Positions 16,080 to 30,477 of a stretch of DNA of 64,000 nucleotides are shown one piece after another; the first letter of the stretch is position 1, and every line of letters starts with the position of its first letter. The notes beneath the pieces were generated by a model, which was not told the DNA's origin, did not search any database, and worked only from the letters and a program-made list of their open reading frames with translations. Made by a program: the position numbers and the translations under genes. The stretch comes from the human T2T-CHM13v2.0 reference genome, Homo sapiens. The stretch is from assembly GCF_009914755.1 (NCBI RefSeq), contig NC_060941.1. The stretch is one strand, 5' to 3'.

Positions 16080-16992
16080 TTATATACCACATTTTCCTAT
16101 GTGCACAATCAAGGAGAAGTAGGAGAGGAAGAGAAATGTTTATTTCCTTTTAGAGGCAGAGAAATTAAAGTACCCAAAGGTTAAATGACAGGTTAGTATG
16201 TTCTGCCCATGAGAATATGCTATCCTTCATGTAAGCTGGAGAATCCAATACAAAGATTATAATAATTATACAAATATTTAGCAAAATATTCCATAAAATT
16301 TCAGTAAAAAAATTTAATACATTGCCTTTGAAGTCCAGGATTGCAGAAGTGGGAGAAAAGATGACATGTTTTATGTGGCATGAACAAATGGCATTGCCCG
16401 TAATACTCTAACATGGCTTAAAGAGGATGTTCATGCCCACAGAGCTCACTGCTGTCTGTAGTATATACTTACTTTGAAGACTAGAGGGACCTTCCTTGAT
16501 GGTTATCTGACAAGGGCTGTTAATTTCAAGGCCTCAATACTGATACTACATGGCTGCAAATCAGGCTTTTGTTTAATCTGTCCTTGAAACATTTCTCTAT
16601 TTTCAGATAGCAAGGCCTGGTCGGAAGACGCCATCATTGTCCTGCCCACATAAGAGGAATTGTTATGGGCAAGGCTAGAGTGCTTACATAGTGTCTGAGT
16701 TTTAAACACCTGTCATTATAGACTTTGTCCTGCCACATGATACGAAACAAGGCAAACTATAATTTGGTCAGAGGTCACAGCCCTAAAAGCAGGTTTAGTT
16801 CCTGTATGGTAAACCAGGAAATACTGCTGCTTACCTCTGGCCTACTCTTAATTCTGAACAAGAATAGCTACATATATTAAATATTTTAATAACCTAATTC
16901 TGTAGACATTCATGTTTTTAGATGTTATATTAAGATATTTTTTCACCTGAAGTGTTTAGAAAAATTTAATATAGAACAATGTATTCCATACA

Positions 16993-17335
16993 GGTATTAG
17001 TCAGAGGGGCTGCAAAAACACAAAGCATCAAAATCTTAGTGACTGAAAACAACAGTTTCTCATTTATGTTACATGTCCATCCTAGGTTGGTGGATATTCT
17101 GTTCCATGTTGTTCTCTCTCATCTTGACTGGTCACTGTGACAGGGAAAATGGAATATAATGAATTATGCAACAGCTCTTAAGACTTAAAAGCTTCCACCT
17201 AGAAGTGACAAAAACCACTTATATTTTGTTTGCCGAAACAGTCACATGACCATGTCAGTTCCCAAGGAAACATAATCCTACCAGTATGGAGAAGGAGAAC
17301 CAAAAATATTGACAAATGCAAACGATGACTACAAT
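16993..17335 (-). mobile_element. MLT1-type MaLR LTR
   Basis: gtattagtcag...aaatcttagtgactgaaaacaaca...gtcacatgacc. Confidence 0.6.
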
Positions 17336-17350
17336 CATAGATAAGGATAT

Positions 17351-17850
17351 TGTATTATACAAGATGCTTTCAGTTGCAAGCAATCTGACTCAAGAGAAAC
17401 AAAAAACATAGTAGTTTATTTAACTGGTAAATTCAACAGGGATTCAGAAATGCATTGATGTTATTAGGTCTTTATTTTCCACTCTTTCTCTTTGACTTTG
17501 CTTTCTTCTTATTCTTAGGTAGACTGTCTCTGTGTGGTGGTAAGATGACCACCTACCACACTAAGCATATATCATCCTTTTAATCAGAGTCCAGAAAAAA
17601 ATTAACCCTTTTTACCTCCAGAGAGACCTATATCCATCTCTCAAAATGACAGTGGCCCTGCTTGGGTCATGTGCCACCATAATATCCAGGGAAGAGGAGT
17701 GCTTTGATTGACCAGCCTGACATGGGTCTATGGACATATGACCATCCAGTGGTAGAAAAGCAAGGCCGAGTGATTCTCAGCCCTACCAGAATCAGATGGA
17801 GTAAAGTAGACACAGTTCCCAAAAGGAAAAGATGAAGACTATACCAAAAG
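17351..17850 (-). mobile_element. MLT1-type MaLR LTR
   Basis: tgtatt...ctttcagttgcaag...cttgggtcatgtgcc...ttgattgaccagcc. Confidence 0.55.
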
Positions 17851-20059
17851 GTAGCAGCTACCTACCAAGAGAGCTCGACTTTTTCATTTCCTTCATCATT
17901 CCCCTCAACTCTGATGACATGTATGAGACTAAATTCCATAAATATAAACCTATGTAGTCTTGGTGTCATACTACAAATTGTTGCTGATGTTAAGCCAGGT
18001 CAATTGTAAAAATACACACTAGGGAACACATATGGGTAAATGCTGGGACAAAACTTCTTTAACTTATTTTGCATAAGGCACTTCTGAGTACAAATCCAAG
18101 CAAGTTACAAGGAAATTCCCTCTTGCAGAATGAACTGCTAACAAATTATTCTTGAGATGCTTATATAAATGATAAAATGGCAACATGATTACCAGGCTTC
18201 TTACTAGTAAAAGGCTCAAAGAAGATAAATGACTTCCCAGTCACAGACAGCATATAGTAGTGCTAGGATTTAAATCCCAGTTTGATTGTTTCCTTGGCAG
18301 GGGCAGAGGGTGAAATGGTAACAGGCATCAGATTACTAACTTCAGAAGGACAGCAATTTTTGTTTTTGTATCTCAAGCAACTAGAACAGTGCTTGGAACA
18401 TACTAAGTTAGTGATAAAGAAGCCCAAGAATTAAGCTCCTTTTCCTATTTTAAGTAATAGTCAACAGCAATAAAAATAAATTTGGTTTTCTCACTTTGTC
18501 ATTCTTCTAAAACTTGGCTAAACACATTTCCACAGGAATAAAATGCTTGGTTTCCAGGAAGTTCCAGGTAATATGCATTATGACTTGGCATATCCCTCAG
18601 TATAGCTTTTTGAAGCTGGAAAGGACAAACACAAAACAATGAAGAAATAATTTAGGGAAAAAATAAATAGAATGAATGAGTACAGAAAAAAAAAAAACCC
18701 CAGCATAGCTACAATATCTGTAATGTGAATGTTTTTCTAAATCAATATAAGCCTTAGGTTTTAGTAGTAATGCTATCTAATACATTTCTTAACCATTTTA
18801 AAGAGGATAATTACATATGATAGAACCTCTGCTTACCTTCCTGCCATAGCTGGGTTAAGCTGTATTTCTAGCCAATTCCTAACACTCTCCTAATTACTAG
18901 AACAATTTAGCTGATGCTTTTGGTTCTTCACTTAGAGAACTAAGTAACAGAAAAGGCAGCCATGGAGGTAGAGCCATCATGTTAGACTAGATAAAGGATA
19001 AGATACAAAACTCACCTGTATTTACAAAAACAGAATTATTGATCATCTGTGAACCCTGCCATCACAGGAAGTCTTTAACAAATTCAGTAAGTGATCTTGA
19101 TTGCAATGAACTCTCATTGACTACACAAGAAACTTTTAATTTTTCCTTTCGTAGCACTTGGCAGCAAAACCCCCTTAAGAATCCTGCTCTTTTATCTTCT
19201 TAAGCTACACAACAAATTTAAATACAAAGTAAAGACTTTCTCAGCAGGGTCTGAATCTACTGTGAACTTTTAGAATAGATTCCCAACCACTCAAAACTCC
19301 CTAGGACTCCTACAGAAAGATGGCATGCTTTAACCCCTCTTCCTAGTTCCACAAAAATGGATCAAAAGCAGAAATGTGTGTTTTAGAGAAAAGGCTAAAG
19401 ACAGTGAGAATCCCTGGAAGCAAGTGATTTGCCAAACTTTAAAGCAGAAGAGAATACACATTTTCTGGGTACCAATTCCTTAGAAAATATTAAATCAGAA
19501 GATCCCAGTTTCCAGGCCTAGAATTACATATTGCTGAATGAAATAAATCAATGGTATTTAAATCCTTTGTGAAGCTAGAACAATCTATTTTGGTAAAGCA
19601 GTTTTTGGGGAGACATTATTAACATTTCAAATACTATCAACAATTAACCTTGATCAACCTGAAGCTTTGTTCAGCAGTATAATTACAGACGTTACCTAGT
19701 ATTGTGGGAAACAAAGACACACAGACATTTCCAAGCAACTAACTACATTCTGTCATTTCCTGCAAGTGACAGAACCTTTTCATTGGTGTTTGTGAAAAGC
19801 CAGCTTCAAAGCAAAACCCCAGTGGCGTTAAAGTAAGCAACCCTTCTGCTTCCATTTCCATCTCCAAATGACATTTGTAAAATTAAACCATATACATGTT
19901 TCTGTACCATTTGAGACTAGAGTCCTAAAGTCCATTAGTGTAGGCTAGACAAGTCCACATGTGACCCATGAATGGAGTGCTATTCCATGAGCCACAAAAA
20001 GTGGGTGGATCTCAGAGGGACATCTGAACCTTTCATGAGATTGTTAGACTGTAATAGTG

Positions 20060-20235
20060 GCTGTTTATTAAAGGCTAACAATGTGCCAGGCCTTAGTCGA
20101 AGTGCTCTGCAACCATTATCTCATTTAATCTTCACACTAATCCTCCCTCCAAGGTAGGTATACTATTTATCATTTCCATTCCTTGGATGAAGAAATTAAG
20201 ACAGAAGAAAAGTAACTTAACTAGGGTCATATACA
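20060..20235 (-). mobile_element. MIR
   Basis: atgtgccagg...attatctcatttaatcttcac...gatgaagaaattaag core. Confidence 0.75.
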
Positions 20236-20365
20236 TTCCTTACCACCACACCATAACACCATACTACTATTCTGCCAACTTCCCTTTTATTAAGAGCTCC
20301 ATTCCCTGACAAGTGAGTTAACCAAACTAAATCACAGGGATATGAAGCCCCAACTGTCGATGGCT

Positions 20366-20402
20366 TGTGTGTGTGTGTGTGTGTGTCTGTACATATATAT
20401 AT
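20366..20402. repeat. (TG)n/(AT)n microsatellite
   Basis: About 10 TG units followed by an AT run. Confidence 0.9.
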
Positions 20403-20669
20403 GGAGAGAGGAGAGAGGGAAGAAGGGAGCCTGGGTTCTTCCTTCGCTGCTGTATTCACATTTCCTTGCCTGACCTCTTTCTTCAGGGTATGACTTTAGC
20501 TTCCATTTATTGTGTATACGTTACCTATCACTCATTTATTCTTCTTTTAACCAATATGTACAGAGTACCTCCTATGTGCTAGACATTGTACTGATTGCTG
20601 GGGAAATAGTTGTGCTCATATAGAAGCCCATTCTCCATAGCAAAGACAGGCAAATATTTTTAAAAAATC

Positions 20670-21582
<913 letters not shown>

Positions 21583-22476
21583 GAAAGGTAATAATATACA
21601 TAAGAAATGGGAGCTAAGGACATGCCCTTAAGACATAGGGGTCAGGCAAGAAAGAGTAAATACAGTCAGTGAAGGAGTACCCAGGCCAGTTCTGCTCTCC
21701 TCTTGGTATTATGCCTGGTATAGCTGCTCCAGTCTGAGCCAGTTTAATTAGTTCAAGATAGAGATGTAGAACCAGACTAGTGGAAACCACAAATGGGAAA
21801 GGAAATGAAGCAGTAGTGCTTTAATGCATGACAATGAGAGATGGAGGCTGATCATAAGTCCTGGGCATAACTTTGCATAGTAGAATTTAAATTATTACTA
21901 CACAGCAACATTACATTTGATTAACGTGCCAGTGGATTTTAATTTTTACTTGTTATATGGAGCTCATAACAGGATAAGCCATAAATTCTGGGTGCCAGAA
22001 TTGTTTGATATAGTCGTGGCTGCTTTGCAGCTCACCTTTAAGGCATCTAGCAGACCCGGGTGAGGGTCTGCTACTGTTAAAGAAATTTGAGAAGGAAAAA
22101 AGCAGTTACATGTAGAAAGAAACCTCCCCCAAAGGACATTGAACACGTCTGCAGACATAACCTATACGCTACTCAGTTCCAAGGCTCTTCACAGTAGCCT
22201 GCAGAGATTCAGACTTAAATTGAGGAGGGGAAAGGTAAAAGGATGTGTGTGATAAAAACCTCTTTCTCTCCTGTATTAACTTAGGGCAAATACAGTATTT
22301 CCTATATTTTCATCTTTAAGATTACAAATAAGAGACGCTAATCTAGATGTAAGACTCCAAAGAATCCCAGCTTATTTTTAAGTCTAAAGTGAATTTTAAA
22401 AATTTTCACTGTAAGATACCAATAAAACAACTTTGACACTTCTTGCCATCTCACTACCAGAATGCAACTGTTTATC

Positions 22477-22779
22477 TTTTTTTTTTTTTTTTTTTAAGAT
22501 GGAGTCTTGCTCTTGTTGCTCAAGTGCAATGGTGCGATTTCGGCTCACTGCAACCTCTGCCTCCTGGGTTCAAGTGATTCTTCTGCTTCAGCCTCCTGAA
22601 TAGCTGGGATTACAGGCATGTGCCACCACGCCCAGCTAAGTTTTTTTTTTTTGTATTTGTGGTAGAGACGGGGTTTCGCCATGTTGGCGAGGCTGTCTCC
22701 AACTCCTGGCCTCAGGTGATCTACCAGCCTCGGCCTCCCAAAGTGCTGAGATTACAGGTGTAAGCCACTGTGCTCAGCT
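22477..22779 (-). mobile_element. Alu (AluS-like)
   Basis: TSD tgcaactgtttat. Confidence 0.92.
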
Positions 22780-23054
22780 GCAACTGTTTATACTTAAGGC
22801 CTCTTGTGTGTTTTCATTCTTCTTTTGTTATTTATTTATATATAGTTTTTATGTAGTTGTAATCAGAGCGTATATGTAAGTTTTGCTCATTTTTCAAATT
22901 TGGCAAGGAATGGACTATTCTCTTCTTGTGCCGCAACTGTACCTATTATACACATTTTCTCTATTACTGTACTTACCACACTGTATTTCAATCATTTTAC
23001 TTATAAATCTGTCTTTCTAGGCTTTGAGCATTTGAGGATAAAAGCTATCTTCTG

Positions 23055-23325
23055 TTTTTTTTGACATGGGGTCTCGCTCTGTTGCCCAGGTGAGGGTGCA
23101 GTGGTGCTATCACAGCTCATTGCAGCCTTGAATTCCTGGACTCAAGGGATCCTCCCACCTTAGCCTCCTGAGTAGCTGGAATCACCATACCCAGCTAATT
23201 TTTTAAATTTCTGGTAGAGATGGAGTCTCCCTATGCTGCTTAGGCTGATCTTGAAGTCCTGCACCCAAGTGATCCTCCTGCCTTGGCCTCCCAAAGTGCT
23301 GGGATTATAGGCGTGAGCCTGGCCC
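23055..23325 (-). mobile_element. Alu (AluJ-like)
   Basis: Antisense dimer with small deletions. Confidence 0.9.
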
Positions 23326-23571
23326 TGTTTTTCCTTTAAGTAATGTTTGAATAAATGAATGATGGCTATAAAATTTTGTTCTACCCATTTGTTTCAAGAA
23401 ATTTTAAAATTTCTTTCTTAACTGCTTCATTGACCTGCTGGTCATTCAGGAGCATACTGTTTAATTTCCATGTATTTATATAGTTTCCACAGGTCCTCTT
23501 GTTACTGATTTCTAGTTTTATTCCATTGTGGTCAGAGAAGATACTTGATTTCAATTTTTTTTGGTTTTCCA

Positions 23572-23867
23572 GTTTTTTCTTTTCTTTTTTTGAGACAGTC
23601 TTACCCTACTGCCCAGGCTGGAGTACAGTGGCATGATCTCAGCTCACTGCAACTTCCCCCAGGTTCAAGCGATCCTTGTGCCTCAGCCTCCCGAGCAGCT
23701 GGGATCACAGGTGTGCACCACCACACCCAGATAATTTTTGTGTTTTTAGTAGAGACAGAGTTTTACCATGTTGGCCAGGCTGGTCTTGAACTCCTGGCCT
23801 CAGGTGATCCACCTGCCTCGGCCTCCCAAAGTGCTGGGATTACAGGTGTAAGCCACAGAGCCCAGCC
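23572..23867 (-). mobile_element. Alu (AluS-like) inside L1
   Basis: Antisense dimer. Confidence 0.92.
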
Positions 23868-24546
23868 ATTTTTTTCTTTTACTTTGTTAAGACTGGTTTT
23901 GTGGTCTAACATATGGTCTGTTCTTGAGAATGCTCCATATGCTGAGAAAAAATGTGTATTCTGTAGCCATTGGAAGAAATGTTCTGTAAATATCTATTAG
24001 TTCCATTTGGTCTATAGTGCAGATTAGGTCTGCTGTTTCTTTGATTTTCTGTCTGGATGATCTTTCCAATATTGAAAGTGGAATGATGAAGTATCCAACT
24101 ATTATTGTATTGGGGTTCATCTCTCTCTTTCACTCTAATAATATTTGCTTTATATATCTGAGTGCTCCAATGTTGGGTGCATATATATTTACAATTGTTA
24201 TATCCTCTTGCTGAATTAATTCCTTTATCATTATATAATAGTCCTCTTTGTCTCTATAGTTTTTGTCTTGAAATCTATTTTATCTGATATAAGTATAGCT
24301 ACCCTTGCTCTTTTTTGGTTTCCATTGGCATGGAATATCTTTTTCCATTCCTTTATCTTTAGTCTATATGTGTCTTTATAGGTGAAGTGTGTTTCTTATA
24401 GGCAACAGATCATTAGATCTTGTTTTTTCTCTATTTGGTTATTCTATGTCTTTTGATTGCAGAGTTTAGTCCATTTACATTCAATGTTAATATTGATAAG
24501 TAAGGACTTACTGTTGTCATTTTGTTATTTGTTTTCTGTTTTTTTT

Positions 24547-24864
24547 TCCTTCCTTCCTTCCTTCCTTCTTTCCTTCCTCCCTCCCTCCCTTCCTTCCCTC
24601 CCTCTCTTTCCCTCCTTCCCTCCCTCCCTCCTTCCCTCCCTTCCTTCTTTCCTCCCTCCCTTTCTCCTTCCCTCCCTCCCTCCCTTTCTCCTTCCCTCCC
24701 TCCCTCTCTCCCTCCCTTCCTTCCTTCCCTCCCTCCCTTTCTCCTTCCCTCCCTCCCTCCCTTTCTCCTTCCCTCCCTCCCTCTCTCCCTCCCTTCCTTC
24801 CTTCCCTCCCTCCCTGCCTCCTTCCCTCCCTCCCTCCCTGCCTCCTTCCCTTCCTACCCTCCCT
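24547..24864. repeat. (TCCC/TTCC)n polypyrimidine simple repeat
   Basis: About 315 bp almost exclusively C/T. Confidence 0.95.
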
Positions 24865-25229
24865 TTTTTGAAAGTTATTTTCTTTGATGTTATGTTTTAA
24901 TGTCTTGCTTTATGTTTTTTGTGTATCTATTGTAGGTTTTTTGCTTTGAGGTTACCCATGAAGGTTGCAAATAATATCTTGTAACCCGTTATTTTAAACT
25001 GATGACAAATTAACTTGATATAATATTTTTTAAATATCAGAAACACAATAGAAAAATACACAAAAGAAGTTAAATGACTTTCACAGAAGAAAAAGATATA
25101 CAAATGGCTCCTCAACATTTGAAAAAAATATTCAATAGTTCTCATATCTAATACATTGTTTTTACCTCTCAAACAGGCAAAGATAAAAATAAGTCTGATA
25201 TCACATTGAATTGGCAGGTAACAAAGAAA

Positions 25230-25365
25230 TGATGAATGCTTGACGTGATTGAAACCCCATTTACCCTGGTGTGATTATTACACATTGTATGCCAGTATCA
25301 AAATACCTCATTTATCCCATAAATATATATACCTACTATGTATACATAAATATTAAAAATCTAAA
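25230..25365 (+). mobile_element. L1 3' terminal fragment (L1PB/L1MA-like)
   Basis: ccccatttaccctggtgtgattattacacattgtatgcc...aaatatatatacctactatgta. Confidence 0.8.
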
Positions 25366-26699
25366 AATATTATAGAACACATTATGTATTATAGAAAATA
25401 GCTCTTTGTCATGTGTTGAAAGTCTTTTTCCCAACCTGTGGTTTTGACTTTGTTTATAAGATCTTTTAATGTAGATTTTTTGACTTTATGTACTTGAATT
25501 TAGCAATGTTTTCTTTTATTGTTTCTGGGTTTTGTGTCATAAAAAGATCCTCCCTACTCTAAGATTATAAAAAAATTCTCCTACATGATCTTCCTTGTGG
25601 TGTCAAATTTTTTACACTTAATTCTCAGATCCATCTATATTTTGTCACAGAGTGAGGTAGAGAGGCAACTTAATTTTTTTCCATTCATTTAATATTAATT
25701 ATACAATTTCTCATGGAACTATATAGTTTTAATTAAGTTTTTCACTTTAATGGCTTCACTATATTACCATAGTTTACTTAACCATTCCCTCCTCTCATTA
25801 CTAAAATATTCATTAAAATTTTAGTACATATCCTTTTTAAAAAATATAATTTCCTCAGAGGAAATATTCAAGAGTTAGATTTCTGGGTCAAAGCATTTGA
25901 TCATTATTATAACTCTTGACTAAAATGTCAGATTGCCAGGATCAAGTCAATCTATAATCTTTACAACCAATCATCAGGTAAGATGCATATATGACTATGG
26001 TATATGAAACCTTTCCAAACAGAAATTCCCACTAGGCATTATTCAAATCTAAGCAGGTTTATAATCCAGAATCAGAAAAACTGCATCACACTTCTACAGA
26101 ATCTGACTAGCCTAAGAACTGCTGTTATTTCTTTGGGGCAAAAAGAATAAGTGGACAGATTCTTTTGGAGCAAAGGGCATTTCAGAAGAACTCTGTTGGA
26201 AAACCCTAAAACAAAAACAACAACAAAAAAAACTTAGCCAAAACGGCATTGCACTGGACTCAGAAGAAGACCATAGCATTCAAATTCAAGGTTGTATTTC
26301 ATTGTTCACATTGGTCCTTTCCCTTCCCAAGAACAGTTTCCCTTTCACCCACATTCTTTCCAGATACCTTAAGGATCTAACCATCATCTGACACTTCGTA
26401 GTCAGGTTCCTCCATGAGCAGTCTTCTGCTCAGCTCCTGGACCAGGCCCTGCAAATTCAGTTCAAGTAAGACCAGGAAGTAAGATGTTGATCCAAAGTGG
26501 AATTTCCAGCCCCAGCTCATGCATGATAGGAGGGCACTTCCTCATGCAAATGCACCTAGTGCAGCTAGAGCAGATTTTCAGCTTCTTTGGAGCTGTGTCT
26601 CTCTCTATAATTTATTGAAATTCATATACTGTTTATAGCCCTTTCTTCTCTTTCCCTTGTCCCTGCTGCCTCCTGGGCTCTCCTTAAAGAAACATTTTA

Positions 26700-26872
26700 C
26701 CCTATCTCTACTAAAAATACAAAAAAATTAGCTAGGCGTGGTGGTGGGCGACTGTAGTCACAGGAGAATGGCGTGAACCCAGGAGGCGGGGCTTGCAGTG
26801 AGCTGAGATCACGCCACTGCACTCCAGCCTGGGCGATAGAGCAAGACTTCGTCTCAAAAAAAAAAAAAAAAA
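26700..26872 (+). mobile_element. 5'-truncated AluY-like element with internal deletion
   Basis: gtagtca|caggagaatggcgtg junction; approximate TSD aa(a/g)gaa(a/g)catttta. Confidence 0.88.
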
Positions 26873-27139
26873 GGAAGCATTTTAGGAGACAGGTTTCTTT
26901 TGAAAGAATTATTATTATTAATAATTTTATTATTTATAAATTTTATAATGCCTCTTCTGAAAATTTGGTACAGTGTCATGGTATGAATGCTTATATGACC
27001 AGAGATGTGAGTCACAACCCTGGGGTGGATTCCAAGTACATATCTGACAGGCAAAATGGCATGGTGAGCATAGCCTTGGAAATCAGACTTGAACTTTATC
27101 ACTTAATAGATGTGTGATCCTAAGCAAATCCCTTAAATA

Positions 27140-27390
27140 TATCACCACGTTAGAGAGGCCCTTCTTGAACATCCTTTATCTAAATGATAAATCTTATCAT
27201 CGTTTTTCCATTTGAATTTTTCATAACATTATCATATTCTGTAATTGAATATTTATGTTTTTTATTGTGTCTTCCCCGATGGACTGTAAATTCCATAAGG
27301 GCAGAGTTTGCTTTGTTCATCACTGAATACCCATTGCCTAGTGCTCTGTGCCTGCCACAGAGTAGACTTAAATAATTGTGGAATAAATAA
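27140..27390 (+). mobile_element. L2 3' end (flanked by MIR fragments)
   Basis: ggactgtaaattccataagggcag...tgttcatcactgaatacc...gcctgccacagagtag. Confidence 0.7.
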
Positions 27391-27831
27391 GCTCAGTTTT
27401 CTCAAAACTCAGAAAACAAGAATATCTCTTCTAGAACAGGGATAAATACTACTGACATCAGAAATGTAATGTGAAATAACGTACGTACTAACATTTGTTT
27501 TTACTAACCAGGCACATGGTAGTGCTCAAGAAATGTTAGCCATCTTTTCAGTTATTTGTGGTTTTAACAGCAAGTCATGGCCTTTGTAACTCTACTTTTC
27601 TAATTATAAAGTGAGAGGAAAAATTACTACCGCTTTTCTACTGCCAAAGCACACTGTTGAGATTACAGAAAATATACAAAAGGCATTAGGAGTGACTCAG
27701 CAGACAGGATCCACTGAGATTAAGAATTTGTTAAATTTACAACTCTCATGACATTTGTCTTAACCGGGGTCATCCATTGCTCTCTACAAGGTTAACACTT
27801 CTTGCCTAATAGCTTTGAAATTACAGCTTCA

Positions 27832-28332
<501 letters not shown>

Positions 28333-28336
28333 TTAC

Positions 28337-30325
28337 TGGTGGCAGCAGTGGGCTATCCATTGTAGCTGCCAGCTGTAGTGGGGAGGCATGGGTGGTGGCA
28401 GCAGGAGCAGCTATGGGAGCAGCAGTGGTGGCGGTGGGACCCCTGTGGCCCATGTCCCCGAGGCAGCCAACTGCACCACCCCCACCCTCGCACGGCTGGT
28501 CAGGACCCACTCTCCCAGGCCCAGAGCCTCTGCTGTGGCCTCAATCTTGCTCCCTGCCACATCCCAGGAGCCTGTGAGAACCCAGCCAAAGACACAGCCA
28601 AGACTTGCAGGGCTGGTCCCAGGAGCATCAGGTTTGTTTGCACAGGGTTGGCTGGGGCCACTGTGCCACCTGCATCTTGCCCGCTGCCACTGTGAGGGAA
28701 ACGCAAAGAGGAGGCATGGCCAGGGCTGCGCACTCCATGGAGCTGGGGGGAGCTGGGGAAAAGCAGAAGCCCTGCCCCTTGCAAGCTGGCAGGGTGGGAG
28801 CTCCCCAGGCACAACTGCAGCTGCACAAGCTCTGGCTGCAACCTGGGCACCCCTGTGCTCTTGGGAGCCTGGAGCAGGCGGGAGCCCTGCCCTCCCAGGC
28901 ATAGCTGCAGCTGCCCAAACCTCGGCTGCAGACCCAGGCATCTCTATACTTTTGAGGGCCCAGGAAGGTCCCTCCTTCCCCAGCAGGCTTGGAAGTGCCT
29001 ACTCTCACTGTCTGGCTTCTCCTGGCTGTTGGTGCCCACTCTGATCATGGAGCAAAGCTGAAGCTGAGCCTGGGCACTGGTGCAACCCAGCCACGTGTAT
29101 GCATGCTCAAGGCAGCACTGACATGCCAGCCCCCTGGCACCCTGGTCCCCTCCACACACTGGGTTTGGTCACTGACAAGCATGAGATGGAGGCTGAGGGG
29201 GCAGGCCAAGGGCAGCTTGGTGTTGGCCTGCAGGTGCCCCTTGGCATGAACAGCCTGGGCACCATGAATGGAAGCAGGAAGCAGGCAGACTCCTAGGCAG
29301 ACAATGGTCAGTCCCTGGTGAAGTCCCACCTGCAAGCCACGAAGGACCTGAAGCATGGAGGCCAGGCTGCTGGTCCCGCAGACTGCAGTGGGAATTTGTA
29401 GTGCTTTTTCTGGGCTGCCCACGTCCACTCATGAACCAACTGGCATGCACTTCCTTCCCTCTGAGGCCCATGAAAAGCCCCGGACTCAGCCAGACCAGAA
29501 GAGAGGACGGGATGATCTGCCTGTAGAGAGGAGTTACCCTCTCTGTTGGAGCTGAACACTCATCGGGATGACCTGCCTAGCAGAGAGGGGCCACCCTCTC
29601 TGCTGAGAGCTGAACAACACCCTGGCTATGGAGAGGAGCTACCCACTGTGGGTCTCCTCTGAGCTGTTCTATCGCTCAATAAAGCATCTCTTCACCTTGC
29701 ACACCCTCCACTTGTCTGCATACCTCACTCTTCCTGGACACAGGACAAGAATTCGGGACCTGCCGAATGGCGGGGCTAAAAGAGCTGTAACACAAACAGG
29801 GCTGAAACGTGCCCTTTGCTCACCATGTTGCAGGCGACAATAGGGAAAGAAGACAATAAGGAGAGAAGAGCTGTGGCCCTTTGGGGAACCCAGACCTAGG
29901 AGCTCAATGAGCCAGGGTTGTGACACCCTCTTTAGGGATCTGTGGTTCCTGGCATCTCTAAGCTTCCAGGAGCCATCACGTTCCCCAGTGTCAGCCGTGG
30001 AAGCTGGCTGCTTATGGTATGCCAGGCTTCCATCACCATGGCAACAGGGGCTGATGTCATACCAAGCCAAAAGATCAGGCTCTGCTTCTCCCATTGCAGC
30101 CAGTGTGCCTGGCTGTGCACAGTGGCTGGACCCTTGCTTACACACCCCTCGCCACCCCATGCCTGGCTCGCCCTTGGCAGGTATGGGATCCAGGCCGGTA
30201 ATGTGTAACCTGCCAGGCCGAGTGGGTGGAATGAGCCCAGCAGGCCAGAGCAAAAGTTGGGCAAAGGCGCCATTGGCCACAGAGGTTTCTGGCTGGCAAA
30301 GCAACACCCCAAGGATGCTGTAACA
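28337..30325 (+). mobile_element. MER52-type ERV1 solo LTR, full length
   Basis: TG...CA termini, 4-bp TSD ttac (28333-28336, 30326-30329), GC-rich body, AATAAA at 29678-29683, 3' end ccccaaggatgctgtaaca. Confidence 0.88.
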
Positions 30326-30477
30326 TTACCTCCTGAAATAGGAAACTTGATTATTAAGCTAACTCTTCCTTCCCTGTACTTCCAATAACAGTGTATCTTT
30401 ACAATATTCCAAATTCAGTCTTCAGATGCCCCCAAATCTGTAATCTTATAATTCCCCACTAGTGAATTTCTGAGAAT

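Larger units (their letters stand above)
23385..25020 (-). mobile_element. L1 fragment covering the ORF2 endonuclease region (degenerate)
   Basis: ORF 23887-24120 (NTIIVGYF..PLS.LERSSRQKI...[18 protein letters not shown]...EYTFF) is the L1 ORF2p endonuclease motif; stops and frameshifts present. Confidence 0.9.

Noticed and set aside
16835-16853. 19-nt minus-strand microexon candidate (ttcag|...GAG|gtaagc)
   Set aside because: Weak pyrimidine tract, not frame-preserving, no independent support.
24457-24900. Pro/Ser/Leu-rich ORFs
   Set aside because: Read-through of the CT simple repeat.
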